A stretch of 64,000 nucleotides of DNA from Trichormus sp. ATA11-4-KO1 (GCA_019358915.1 JAHHIM010000013.1:41080-105079); one strand, 5' to 3'; positions 45,512 through 55,740 are shown, counted from the first letter of the stretch. Made by a program: numbers and translations. Notes: generated by a model from the sequence alone, not told the origin.

Positions 45512-46105
45512 ATGCCTATAGGTGTTCCTAAAGTTCCTTACCGGATGCCCGGAGGACAATATACAGATTGGATTAGCATTTATGATCGCCTTTATCGCGA
45601 ACGGATTATTTTCCTGGGGCGAGATGTTGATGATGAAATTGCTAATCAAATTATTGCCGTCATGCTGTATCTGGATTCAGATGATCCGGGTAAGGATATT
45701 TATTTATACATCAATTCCCCCGGTGGTATGGTCACTTCCGGCATGGCGATTTTTGACACCATGCAACACATCAAATCAGATGTAGTCACAATTTGCGTCG
45801 GTTTAGCTGCCTCAATGGGTTCATTTTTGCTGGCAGCTGGCACCAAGGGTAAACGGATGGCATTGCCTCATTCTCGGATTATGATTCACCAGCCTTCTGG
45901 TGGTACCCGTGGGCAAGCAAGCGATATCGAAATTGAAGCCAGAGAAATTCTCCGGATTCGTCACCAGCTCAATGGGATTTATGCTGAAAAGACTGGTCAG
46001 CCTATAGCCAAAATTGAAAAAGACATGGATCGCGACTTCTTCATGTCTGCTGCTGAAGCCAAAGAATACGGTTTAATTGACCGTGTGATTGAAGAACGAC
46101 CCTAG
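45512..46105 (+). CDS. clpP: ATP-dependent Clp protease proteolytic subunit (ClpP3 type)
   Basis: [24 protein letters not shown]. Confidence 0.95.
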   Translation: MPIGVPKVPYRMPGGQYTDWISIYDRLYRERIIFLGRDVDDEIANQIIAVMLYLDSDDPGKDIYLYINSPGGMVTSGMAIFDTMQHIKSDVVTICVGLAASMGSFLLAAGTKGKRMALPHSRIMIHQPSGGTRGQASDIEIEAREILRIRHQLNGIYAEKTGQPIAKIEKDMDRDFFMSAAEAKEYGLIDRVIEERP

Positions 46106-46294
46106 GAGTAGGGAGTGGGGACAAGGAGAGATTACTAATATTAAGTCCTTCCACCCATCCCCCCATTCCCCATTCCCCATTCCCAAAAACCGTCTAGCGT
46201 GAACGAAAAATTAGCAGATTAGTCTTTATAATTAAAACCTTAAGGCTGGAAGCTAAAAGCTGAAAGCTAAATATTCGATAGCTGATAGATCAAG

Positions 46295-46918
46295 ATGGAT
46301 CTTGGAGATTGCTACCGTTTATTGGGTTTAAGGTCGGGAGCCTCTTTTGCTGATGTCAAAGCGTCTTACAGACGACTGGCGCAGCAATATCATCCCGATA
46401 TCAACCCAAGCGACACCAAAGCTAAAGATAAGTTTATTGCTTTGACAGAGGCTTACAGATTCCTTTTAACGGTAGTACCTTCAGAGGAGATAGCCCAACC
46501 GTCAAGTCAATCTTCTGTATCTGGAAGTGGTGGCATCAACGCCACCCACCCAGAAACAGCACCAACAATCACTGTGACGGATGAAAAACCGCCCACTCAA
46601 AAGCTGCCTAATATTGTAGAAATAGAGCAACGACTGAAGTGGAAAACTTATGAACAACTGCAACGGTTCTTAAAAGAAAGAAGATTTCCCCAAGCGATCG
46701 CTCTGGCGGAAGCTTTAGCGGTACGGTTACCACAAGATGCAGAGGTACGCCAATGGCAGGCGGTTGCTTATCAAATTTGGGGACGGGCGTTAATTGCCGA
46801 ACATCAACTGTTGAAGGCCAGAATTTATCTCAAAAAAGCCCTAAAAACAGACCCTAACAACAAGGCTCTGTGGCTTGAGGTGCAGAGAGATTTCCAACGA
46901 TTGGAGCAGATTTTTTAA
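46295..46918 (+). CDS. J-domain protein with TPR-like C-terminus
   Basis: YHPD motif, helical C-terminus. Confidence 0.88.
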   Translation: MDLGDCYRLLGLRSGASFADVKASYRRLAQQYHPDINPSDTKAKDKFIALTEAYRFLLTVVPSEEIAQPSSQSSVSGSGGINATHPETAPTITVTDEKPPTQKLPNIVEIEQRLKWKTYEQLQRFLKERRFPQAIALAEALAVRLPQDAEVRQWQAVAYQIWGRALIAEHQLLKARIYLKKALKTDPNNKALWLEVQRDFQRLEQIF

Positions 46919-47467
46919 AACTCTTGAGTGCCAGTCAAAATATAACTTTATTTATTAAATAAGACTAAATCTGCCTCTCATCCTTATTGTTGATTATTGA
47001 TAATATTTTTTAATATCAACACAAGGAATTGATGGTTTCTCAAAGCAATTTTAACGTGAATTCAATGAACCTTACCCCAACCCCTCTGGGACACTCAGAG
47101 GGGCAAAAATATCCTGGTTTTCAACGAAGTCAGAGGGAACACGGAAGACGGAAGAAGTGATATTAAATAAGGAAGTTTTGAGGCGGGATGGATACTAAAA
47201 TTAGGTATATTTATTGGTGTTGTCTATTTTCGTGAGGGATTATTACTTAAATGCAGCCTAAAACGGTTAATTTAAAGATGATTTAAAAAATCATAATATT
47301 AATAAATATATGTAAACTTAACTTTTTTGTTACAAAAGAGACTCAGTAAATTATATTTTATCACAGACAATATGTTTATCAGGTTGCTTTCGTAGTAATG
47401 AACCAAATTTGCTATGTAGAGTCTGAAGAACATGAAAGGGTTGCAAAAATAAGTTGAGGATCAGCGC

Positions 47468-48409
47468 ATGAAATTCGGAATTGATATAGGGCATAACTCT
47501 CCTCCAGATACAGGCGCAAGAGGGATAAAAATTGAGGATGTTTTAACCTTAGATGTAGGCAACAGAGTTATGTCTAAGTTAAGAGCTTTGGGGCATGAAG
47601 TAATACCATGTAAACCAGATAGGTCTAGTTCAGTCACGAATTCACTGTTTCAAAGAATCAATACGGCAAATACTAACAGGGTTGAGGTTTTTGTCTCAAT
47701 ACACTTTAATGCTTTTAATGGTCAAGCTAATGGTACGGAAGTATTTGCAGCTAGTGATACTGGCAGAAGAATTGCTCAACCAGTGTTAAATGAAATTGTC
47801 AGATTAGGATTTTTTAATCGTGGGGTTAAGAGTGGTTCCCACTTATACGTCCTGAGAAATACTAATATGCCTGCGATACTTGTAGAATGCTGCTTCATCG
47901 ATTCACCAAGAGATATGAATATTTTTGAATCGGAAGCAACGGCTAATGCGATCGTCAAAGGCTTGACAGGTACAGTTCCTAGCGCTCCTGTGAATCCCGT
48001 TCCCGATGAAGAACTAAATACCGATACCACAGTCATCAGACTGCAAAAAGCCTTAAATCGACTAAAAATAACCGATAGAAATGGTCGTGCTTTGGTAGAA
48101 GATAACATCACAGGGCCATCAACGAACTCTGCCACAGTAAACTTCCAAAATATTGCTGGGATTCAACCAACTGGAGTTGCAGACACAAATACATGGAATG
48201 CGATTAATCTGATTTTAGCCAAACGCATCATCAGACCCAACCATGCTGGAGGCCCAGTTGTGAGATACATACAATACCGTGTCGGGGTTGATGTTGATGG
48301 CGTTTATGGTCCCCAGACAGGGGAGGCAATTAAGAGATACCAAAGGCAAAATGGTTTACTTGCTGATGGAATTGTCGGAGGAATGACCTGGCAAAAATTA
48401 ATTGGTTAG
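47468..48409 (+). CDS. N-acetylmuramoyl-L-alanine amidase with peptidoglycan-binding domains
   Basis: DIGH, E, SIHFN, PAILVE; DGVYGPQT and DGIVG PG-binding repeats. Confidence 0.9.
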   Translation: MKFGIDIGHNSPPDTGARGIKIEDVLTLDVGNRVMSKLRALGHEVIPCKPDRSSSVTNSLFQRINTANTNRVEVFVSIHFNAFNGQANGTEVFAASDTGRRIAQPVLNEIVRLGFFNRGVKSGSHLYVLRNTNMPAILVECCFIDSPRDMNIFESEATANAIVKGLTGTVPSAPVNPVPDEELNTDTTVIRLQKALNRLKITDRNGRALVEDNITGPSTNSATVNFQNIAGIQPTGVADTNTWNAINLILAKRIIRPNHAGGPVVRYIQYRVGVDVDGVYGPQTGEAIKRYQRQNGLLADGIVGGMTWQKLIG

Positions 48410-48414
48410 CTTGA

Positions 48415-48999
48415 CTAGCCACGATTTCGTTCTAGCAGCAGCATCATCATTAAACTTAATAAAACCTGCTGCTCTTCGCGATCGCTGAGTTGATCGACGG
48501 CTTTGATGGTAAACTTCCTAGAGAGAAAAGTCGGAATTTTCTCCAGACGCATCACAACCGTACCATCAGCTCGGCTGACTAAGTAAGTGGGATTAAACAC
48601 ATAACCAGTAAATATGCCCAAAACTGGGATTTCTGCAAATAAGGCATCTGCAATCTTCACCCACGGATTTTTCTCCTGGATGTTTAAGGTGGTTGTGTCG
48701 CCATCAAAGATATCATAGCGGGCACGCCACAGAGATTTTAAACCTCGCCGTTTTACCGAACCAATATAAGCGCCGTTGCTGTCAGTGAAATCATAGCGAG
48801 CCGAAAAGTCAATAATGCGATCAGCTTTGATGTAGTACAGAGGATGGGTGCGTTCAACATCAGCAAAGATTGTAATTGCTTCCTTGAGTTTAAAAAGTTT
48901 CTGTTTTACGTAGAAAGTCAAATTACCTTGAACATCAACAACAGATATTTGCGGAGCTAATGCCCAGAGTTTGAAGGTGAGTTCGAGAGGATACTGCAT
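48415..48999 (-). CDS. LURP-one/scramblase-like hypothetical protein
   Basis: YVKQKLFKLKEAI...IKADRIIDFSARY pattern. Confidence 0.6.
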   Translation of the reverse strand: MQYPLELTFKLWALAPQISVVDVQGNLTFYVKQKLFKLKEAITIFADVERTHPLYYIKADRIIDFSARYDFTDSNGAYIGSVKRRGLKSLWRARYDIFDGDTTTLNIQEKNPWVKIADALFAEIPVLGIFTGYVFNPTYLVSRADGTVVMRLEKIPTFLSRKFTIKAVDQLSDREEQQVLLSLMMMLLLERNRG

Positions 49000-49115
49000 A
49001 GCACGATGAATATATATAATTTCTCACCTTATTAATCCCAGTTGTAAAAACTAAATAACGTCAGCCTAGAAATTTAACGTGAGTCTCCAACGGAGGCGAA
49101 GTTGCGGGAAGGAAG

Positions 49116-49169
49116 TGCATAAACCACAAAAGGTCAACCTATTGAGTAAGTGAAGGGGTTGAAACCCAA
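49116..49169 (+). promoter_or_regulatory. conserved promoter-like motif copy B
   Basis: TGCATAAA-ccacaaaaggtca-ACCTA-ttgagta-AGTGAAGGGGTTGAAACCCAA. Confidence 0.7.
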
Positions 49170-49199
49170 GATACATACCAACACTGAAACTTTAGGAGC

Positions 49200-49859
49200 A
49201 TGACCATGAAATTCCGTCACTTAACTAGTTCTTTGCTAACAGCTACCGCACTTTTGACCTCCTCTCTCCCAGCTTTCGCAGGGCCGTTTGATGTTCAACC
49301 TGCTGGTATATTCAAACCTGCTACAGTTATCCCCGGAGCCGTTATTGGTAATGGAACCCCCAAAACTCCTGCTCACGCACCCAGCAACCCAGTAGGTAAT
49401 AGTGAAATTCAAGGATTAGGTGACCATCAATCTTGGGTTGACCAACAAACTCTAGCAAAAGACCCCCGCGCCTTGTGTAGTGATATTGGTTTAGGCAACA
49501 ACACTCGCAACAGTGCTAGCAAAGTTGCTCTAGCAACCTCTGTCAGCACTCGTTCTAGTTCTGCAAGTAATCACAAAAATGGTGGTGGCGGTGGTGTGAG
49601 CATCCTCGGTATTGGTGTCAGTGGTAGCGGTTCCAGCCAAGGTAGCAAAAACGAAAGTAATTCCCGCGACCAACGGATCAACCGCAACGAAGAAGAAAGC
49701 AGCAGCTCCTCCACAGTAGTCCAAGGCAAGAATTGCGATGCTTTTGTTAACTCTGCTGCTGCTAGAGACATGAACTACCAAGACAACCTCACTCGCCGCT
49801 ATGAAATTAAAACTGGTCGTCGAGGACAACAGGTCAACCAACTGCTGGAAAATCCGTAA
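49200..49859 (+). CDS. secreted Ser/Gly-rich hypothetical protein
   Basis: AGGAG RBS; signal peptide ending PAFA; two Cys flank a Ser-rich segment. Confidence 0.8.
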   Translation: MTMKFRHLTSSLLTATALLTSSLPAFAGPFDVQPAGIFKPATVIPGAVIGNGTPKTPAHAPSNPVGNSEIQGLGDHQSWVDQQTLAKDPRALCSDIGLGNNTRNSASKVALATSVSTRSSSASNHKNGGGGGVSILGIGVSGSGSSQGSKNESNSRDQRINRNEEESSSSSTVVQGKNCDAFVNSAAARDMNYQDNLTRRYEIKTGRRGQQVNQLLENP

Positions 49860-50019
49860 TATATGGGGGTAAAGGGTACGCGGTCGGTTGTCTCCAATTA
49901 CCAATTCTTAATTGCTATGTGGACTTTGAGTCTAAATTGGTTAATTTTTAATTTTTAATTGTGGAAACGCCGGGGGGTAAATACCCTGGCAATTGCTTTA
50001 TTTATCCTCAGGAGAAACT

Positions 50020-50457
50020 ATGAAAAGCAGGCTAGGTAGAGGAATTATTATTCTTAGTACCACCTTGTTACTATCTGTAACATCTGTGGTAAATGCCCAA
50101 ACACCATCTCGGAGAATTCGGGACTCTCAAATTCTACCGTATTTATTGGATAATCCTAATCAAAACTCATGGGTGAGAGTGCGTTGCGTTCCCAGTCATG
50201 GGCAGAAATTAGACTACAAGCGAGGTATTATCAGAGATAGACTCTTGCGCCCAAATGTTAGCGATCGCAATGGTACTGTCACCATAGAAATAGAAGGCAG
50301 TTGTCGGGATGTGAGAATTCGCGCGCAAGACGGCTCAGACTTTTTAGATTACCCCATCTACAATCCCTACATAGATGGCAATCATCACGATTTTGGCGAT
50401 TCCTGGCTGACTCGTCCAGGCTCTGGGTGGTATTGGCTACTGCAACGTCAACGATGA
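50020..50457 (+). CDS. secreted hypothetical protein
   Basis: AGGAG RBS; signal peptide ending VVNA; two Cys; Trp/Tyr-rich tail. Confidence 0.75.
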   Translation: MKSRLGRGIIILSTTLLLSVTSVVNAQTPSRRIRDSQILPYLLDNPNQNSWVRVRCVPSHGQKLDYKRGIIRDRLLRPNVSDRNGTVTIEIEGSCRDVRIRAQDGSDFLDYPIYNPYIDGNHHDFGDSWLTRPGSGWYWLLQRQR

Positions 50458-50492
50458 GGTTATGAAAAATTGGCACATGGGGACAATGAATC

Positions 50493-50530
50493 AATTCAAA
50501 ATTCAAAATTCAAAATTCAAAACTCAAAAT
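50493..50530. repeat. heptamer tandem repeat (AATTCAA)n, STRR-type
   Basis: about five consecutive units. Confidence 0.85.
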
Positions 50531-50620
50531 AAATTCTGAAATTTACCCTTTGGGTAAATTTTGAAATTCAACCTTGATTTTTCTGCTCAGGACTCAGGAC
50601 TCAGCACTTTGACAACAGAC

Positions 50621-50674
50621 TGCATAAACTCAAAATAACTAACCTATTGATTGAGTGAAGGGGTTCAAGCCCAA
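50621..50674 (+). promoter_or_regulatory. conserved promoter-like motif copy C
   Basis: TGCATAAA-ctcaaaataacta-ACCTA-ttgattg-AGTGAAGGGGTTCAAGCCCAA. Confidence 0.7.
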
Positions 50675-50707
50675 AACAAACTACTGAAATCACAGGGAAA
50701 AACGATT

Positions 50708-51361
50708 ATGAAAATGCAAATATTATTGAGTCTTGCTTGTTCTATTTCTTGCTTGGGTTCTGTTACACTGCCAGCTAACGCTCAACCTGTTCCTACTGAG
50801 CCTACTGTGCAACCTCAGTCCCCAAGCTTCAGCGAAGAAATTACCGTCCCTCAAGATACAGCGATTATCGTTTCTTTTCCTGCACCTGTTACCATAGATG
50901 TTGGACAAAAAAAGGATTATCCCTTGACGGTTCCTTTAGCTAATGCTATCCAAGATGCTCAAGGCAATACCATAGCATCTGAAAATACTCCGGTAACTAT
51001 TGTTCTCCAGCCCACAGATGGTGGCGCTAAAATTGTCGCCCAATCTTTAGTAATCAATGGTCGCATTGTCTCAATTAAAGCATCAAGTCAAACAATTCCC
51101 GGCACTACTATTACTCACAAACGAGCTAACGACAAAGCTGTTGAAAATGGTTCAATTTGGGGCAGAATTGGTGGCAGTACCTTGGGCTTTTTAAACCAAG
51201 GTGATCCAGATCAATTTGACCGAGGCGCTATGTTGGGGAGTGCTGTAGGATTAATCTCAGGCTTACGTTCTGCTGAAAATACCCGTGTTGTGCAGATTCC
51301 CCAAAGCAGTGTGTATGTTTTGTCCCTTGAAGCACCTATCAGTTTGTCTGCTCGCCGCTAG
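50708..51361 (+). CDS. secreted protein, TrbI/VirB10-like beta domain with glycine-rich helical hairpin
   Basis: signal peptide ending PANA; VPQDTAIIV...IQDAQGNTIASENTPV...GGAKIVAQSLVING; GRIGGSTLG...GAMLGSAVG. Confidence 0.6.
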   Translation: MKMQILLSLACSISCLGSVTLPANAQPVPTEPTVQPQSPSFSEEITVPQDTAIIVSFPAPVTIDVGQKKDYPLTVPLANAIQDAQGNTIASENTPVTIVLQPTDGGAKIVAQSLVINGRIVSIKASSQTIPGTTITHKRANDKAVENGSIWGRIGGSTLGFLNQGDPDQFDRGAMLGSAVGLISGLRSAENTRVVQIPQSSVYVLSLEAPISLSARR

Positions 51362-52334
51362 AATCATTCGATGGGTGTAGTATTGTTAAATAAAAGCTAT
51401 GTTTGTTTTCAGCTTTTAAATACTTTTCTTGTAAAGGTTGCCACTGCTGCCATAACTGATCACGATTTGACGCTAATAAAGCAGCAAATGTCGGTAGATG
51501 AGCATCAATTTCTGACTTGAACACATCTCCAAGCCACTCACCCATAACCACATTATCTTGCAGTTGTCCTAAAATATCTTGGATACCTTTCACTTCAGCA
51601 ATACAAGCTGCATAAGACTCACCATACAAGTCGGTAAATAACTCCATTTGGTAGCGTACACGTTTAGCCTGTTTCCGCAAACTATGAAGAACTTCACCTT
51701 CAGTTGCTAATTGTTGTTCTATCTGTTCCGGTGTCCAGTTTGTGCAAATTTTGATCTCTGCATTCACAACTTGGGTTCCTACTAGCCACCCAGGATGTAG
51801 TAAGAAACTACTCACTTCAGGTAACAATAAATCTGGTAGTACTTGTTGAATTGGTAAAGATGCCAAAGGCTGATAGCTGGGTTTCTCTAACCAATCTGCC
51901 AACGTTTGTTTGAGAGATTTATAAGCTTCATCCTTTAAAGTTGTTTGCGTTTTGGAGAATGCATCTTTACGTTGTTTAGCCAAAGCATTAAAAGCTGTTT
52001 GCAGAACTTCTTGTTCTTGGTGAGGTAAATGTGGTTGGTAAAGGGTTTCTAAAGTTTCTTTTAGTACATCTAAGTCTCTGAGGTTACCAAGCCGACGGGC
52101 AATTTTACCGATTTTTTTATCGCTGGCTGGCTTTGGTAAATTTAGTGCTAAATCAAACCTACTTATTGCCGTGCGTAGGCGACGCATCCCGACTCGCATT
52201 TGATGTAATGCTTCCGGATCTTCATCTTTCTTAACTGGTTTCTCCCATTTTAAGGTTTTCTTTAAGTGTTGTTGAATTGCCTGGTAAGCGTAATCTTTTA
52301 GACTTTTTACTGTGGGTTCTGTAAGCAATATCAT
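51339..52334 (-). CDS. CHAD domain (polyphosphate-binding) protein
   Basis: EALHQMRVGMRRLR, LGNLRDLDV, LHSLRKQAKRVRY, LGQLQD. Confidence 0.9.
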   Translation of the reverse strand: MILLTEPTVKSLKDYAYQAIQQHLKKTLKWEKPVKKDEDPEALHQMRVGMRRLRTAISRFDLALNLPKPASDKKIGKIARRLGNLRDLDVLKETLETLYQPHLPHQEQEVLQTAFNALAKQRKDAFSKTQTTLKDEAYKSLKQTLADWLEKPSYQPLASLPIQQVLPDLLLPEVSSFLLHPGWLVGTQVVNAEIKICTNWTPEQIEQQLATEGEVLHSLRKQAKRVRYQMELFTDLYGESYAACIAEVKGIQDILGQLQDNVVMGEWLGDVFKSEIDAHLPTFAALLASNRDQLWQQWQPLQEKYLKAENKHSFYLTILHPSNDSSGEQTN

Positions 52335-53062
52335 ATTCACAAACTACTAAAATGTTGAGTATATATAATAGCATTAGTTAAAATTTACTCTACTCTGCTT
52401 AGATATATAACAATCCTCAATCATAAGTCTTACGGACACATTTAGTGGTTAACAAAGCTATACCTGCAAGGGCTTGACATAAAATTTATCTTTTTTCTTA
52501 GTGCTTTTGGCGACTTGGTGAACCAGCGCTGTAGTGAGGCGGAATTTCTTGGTGGTTTCCCCAAAAAGGAACTGCTGTAAAGCCCTGACGGGCATGGCTG
52601 CGCTGTGTGCCTTAGGTATATAAGGGTTTCCTAACCTAGGCAACTGTGAACCCTGTTTATTTTGATAAATTAAACCTCTTGCATAAATGCTGTGGTGTTG
52701 TTGAATACTACTAATTAGAAGTTCGCGCAAAGCCGCAAAGAAGACTGTCAAAAAAATGACTGTTACAAGTCATCTATGCAGATTATTAAAGATTCGTGCA
52801 AGAGGTCTATTAAATAAGATTTTATAGGACTTATCATCAAAAGTATTTGTTGATGCTGAGAAATACCAGCTTATTTGTACTAGTAAACAACCTTCCCAAG
52901 CCAGGCGATCGCTTATTCTTTTTCTCAGAAAATAATTATTACTAAATGATCACTAAATTTTAATCTTTTGTTTACAGGCTGTTTACTTATTCTTATCAAA
53001 CCAAAGATATATTTCAGGCGCTAAGTTTTACTTAATTTCTGTATTAACTACAGAAAAAATAA

Positions 53063-53908
53063 ATGAAAAAAATTCAGCGTCTCAGAGTGGTTTTGCTTTT
53101 TGCAGGTGTAGCATTATTCTTCATTCTGCTCAATTACCTGCAAAACCCACTAACTGCCCAAACCTCAAGTGTTCATTTAAGGATGGGGAATCCCAGTAAT
53201 GCTGGTAGTAGTTTCAGTAACCGTTTATTAAACAAATCACAATATGCAGTTTCTTATAACTGCTTCAGAGGTACACCAAATTGGGTGAGTTGGCAGTTAA
53301 ATAGATCATGGTTAGGAAGCGCACCTCGCCAAGATGATTTTCGTGCAGATACCACAATACCTTCAGACTGCTACCGAGTCACTTCTTCTGATTATACTGG
53401 TAGTGGGTTTGACAGAGGACATATGGCTCCTTCAGCAGATAGAACAAACACAATTGTTAATAACTCTGCAACTTTTTTAATGACAAATATAATTCCTCAA
53501 GCACCTGATAATAATCAAGGGGTATGGGCGAGTTTAGAAACTTATTCTAGAGATTTGGTAGTCAATCAAGGTAGAGAACTCTATATTATTTCGGGTTCTT
53601 ATGGTTCTGGCGGCACAGGATTAAATGGAACAAGAACTACAATTGCTGGTGGTAGAGTGACTGTTCCAGCCAGAACCTGGAAGGTTATTGTAGTCTTAAA
53701 TGCTGTCAATTCTGGCGCTAGCAGCGTCAACACTAACACAAGAGTCATTACTGTAGACATACCTAATATCCAAGGTATCAGAAATGCGAGTTGGAGAAAT
53801 TATCGAGTTAGTGTTGATACTCTGGAATCTAGAACTGGTTACAACTTTCTTTCCAACGTTCCTTCGTCTATTCAAAGTGTAATTGAGTCTAGAGTGGATA
53901 ATTTGTAA
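53063..53908 (+). CDS. nucA: secreted sugar-nonspecific nuclease
   Basis: signal peptide, SVHLRMGNPS, FDRGHMAPSAD, TFLMTNIIPQ..NNQG.W. Confidence 0.92.
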   Translation: MKKIQRLRVVLLFAGVALFFILLNYLQNPLTAQTSSVHLRMGNPSNAGSSFSNRLLNKSQYAVSYNCFRGTPNWVSWQLNRSWLGSAPRQDDFRADTTIPSDCYRVTSSDYTGSGFDRGHMAPSADRTNTIVNNSATFLMTNIIPQAPDNNQGVWASLETYSRDLVVNQGRELYIISGSYGSGGTGLNGTRTTIAGGRVTVPARTWKVIVVLNAVNSGASSVNTNTRVITVDIPNIQGIRNASWRNYRVSVDTLESRTGYNFLSNVPSSIQSVIESRVDNL

Positions 53909-54187
53909 GCTCAACTTTATCCAAAATTCAGAACTCGGTTTTTTATCCGGCAAAAACCCTGGCTTTTTGGCAAATACTTTTTCTACGTCACAGATGATCT
54001 ATGAAGTTTAAAAAGTAAAACTACGGTAATTATTGTGGGTTGGGCGTCCTCGCCCGCCCAAAACAGGTAAGATGCCTGTTACACACGAAAACTTCAATAC
54101 ACGCCACTACACCTAATTTATCTTTACATAGTTATAAATATTTTTACCTACCCAACTTATATTCGCCCAAAACTTAAAAAAATCATC

Positions 54188-54589
54188 TTAGGTTTCTATA
54201 AGTTTTGTGGAAACTCCGGCTAAATCTCCAGATGAAGTTTTACCAACAACATATACATCAATATCAATCGTACCTAAACGATAAACCTTAATATCCGTGA
54301 GGTTATCTTTGAGTATTTTGACAAGGGATTGAAATTTTTGTACATTTTGTTTTTGTATGTCATCATGCCATTCTTTTTCTTCAGCACAGTTACGAAAAAG
54401 ATAATCTAGTTCTACTGTTTCAATTGATGTGTCTTGAGGATGATTTGTTAACTCAAGGATTTTTTGATTTGTCAAATTTTCTCTGGCTTGGTTAGACCAC
54501 AGAAAAACTTCAAAGGGATAATCTGACTCACTCATCATTAGCAAATCATCGGAGGCTTGCCTGAGTTTTTTAGTAATTTCATTAGTCAT
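54188..54589 (-). CDS. nuiA: nuclease A inhibitor
   Basis: LLMMSESDYPFEVF...GVSTKLIET; convergent with nucA. Confidence 0.9.
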   Translation of the reverse strand: MTNEITKKLRQASDDLLMMSESDYPFEVFLWSNQARENLTNQKILELTNHPQDTSIETVELDYLFRNCAEEKEWHDDIQKQNVQKFQSLVKILKDNLTDIKVYRLGTIDIDVYVVGKTSSGDLAGVSTKLIET

Positions 54590-54639
54590 AAAGTTTTCAG
54601 TAAATAAACAAAATATATTTTTTAGTTTATTCCTAAGTA

Positions 54640-55044
54640 TTAAAGATTAGTGGAAATTGCTTGCACAGGACAGGTAGGAATACATTGTTCACAGACAATG
54701 CAGCGCGATCGCGTGAATGTTAATTTGGATGTTTCTGGATGGAGACTGAGGGCTTCTGTGGGACAAACCCCTGTACATAAACCACAGTGAACACATACAT
54801 CTTCATCAATGGCAATTTCACCTAGGTTATGGGAAACGTTAACATGGCGCGATCGCATCCATTCGATAGCTGCATCTAACTGGTCAATGTCCCCCGATAA
54901 TTCTACCACCAGTTTGCCAATTTGATTTGGGGCAACTTGGGCGCGGATAATATTGGCGGCTACATTAAATTCTTTTGCTAGTAGGTAAGTGACCGGCATT
55001 TGAATAGCACGTTTAGGAAAGGTGAGAGTAACTCGTTTTTTCAC
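54640..55044 (-). CDS. NIL-domain 2x[4Fe-4S] ferredoxin
   Basis: NIIRA, CVHCGLCTGVCP and CIVCEQCIPTCP. Confidence 0.88.
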   Translation of the reverse strand: MKKRVTLTFPKRAIQMPVTYLLAKEFNVAANIIRAQVAPNQIGKLVVELSGDIDQLDAAIEWMRSRHVNVSHNLGEIAIDEDVCVHCGLCTGVCPTEALSLHPETSKLTFTRSRCIVCEQCIPTCPVQAISTNL

Positions 55045-55149
55045 AGGTTTAGCAAAGAGTTATTTTTGTTCTAGCTTATCGGGAATCGCCAAGAGGGAAA
55101 GAGGTAAACTAAATAATGAAAGTACTTAATAAGTTTTAATAAATTTGTG

Positions 55150-55740
55150 ATGACTACAGAAACACCTATTAATTCTCCCGCCAAGCCAGAAACCACGACT
55201 GGGGTGCGTGTGAGAAATTTCTTAATTGCCATAGTCGCGATCGCTCTTAGTGTAGCCTTAGTCATAGGACTGCGAACCGAAACAAATTCAGCTTCATTAG
55301 CAGACTTGGATCAAGCCTCTACCCCCCTAGAAGTAGCCATCAGCAACGGTAAGCCTTCAATAGTCGAGTTTTATGCTAACTGGTGTACTGTCTGCCAAAA
55401 AATGGCACCAGATATGGCCCAACTAGAACAGCAGTATGCTGATAAAGTCAATTTTGTCATGTTGAACGTAGACAACACCAAATGGCTGCCAGAAATGTTG
55501 AAATACCGAGTAGATGGCATTCCCCATTTTGTGTTTTTGTCTCAAGCTGGAGAAACCATAGCACAGGCGATCGGTGATCAACCCCATACAGTAATGGCAA
55601 GTAATTTAGAGGCCTTAGTTAGTGGCTCATCTTTGCCTTATGCTCAAGCTAGTGGCCAAGTTTCCAAATTCTCAGCCCCAGTTGCACCAGTTAACAATCA
55701 AGATGATCCCCGCAGTCACGGTAGCCAAGTGGTGAACTAA
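55150..55740 (+). CDS. txlA: membrane-anchored thioredoxin-like protein (TxlA/HCF164 type)
   Basis: N-terminal TM, EFYANWCTVC, VDGIPH. Confidence 0.75.
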   Translation: MTTETPINSPAKPETTTGVRVRNFLIAIVAIALSVALVIGLRTETNSASLADLDQASTPLEVAISNGKPSIVEFYANWCTVCQKMAPDMAQLEQQYADKVNFVMLNVDNTKWLPEMLKYRVDGIPHFVFLSQAGETIAQAIGDQPHTVMASNLEALVSGSSLPYAQASGQVSKFSAPVAPVNNQDDPRSHGSQVVN

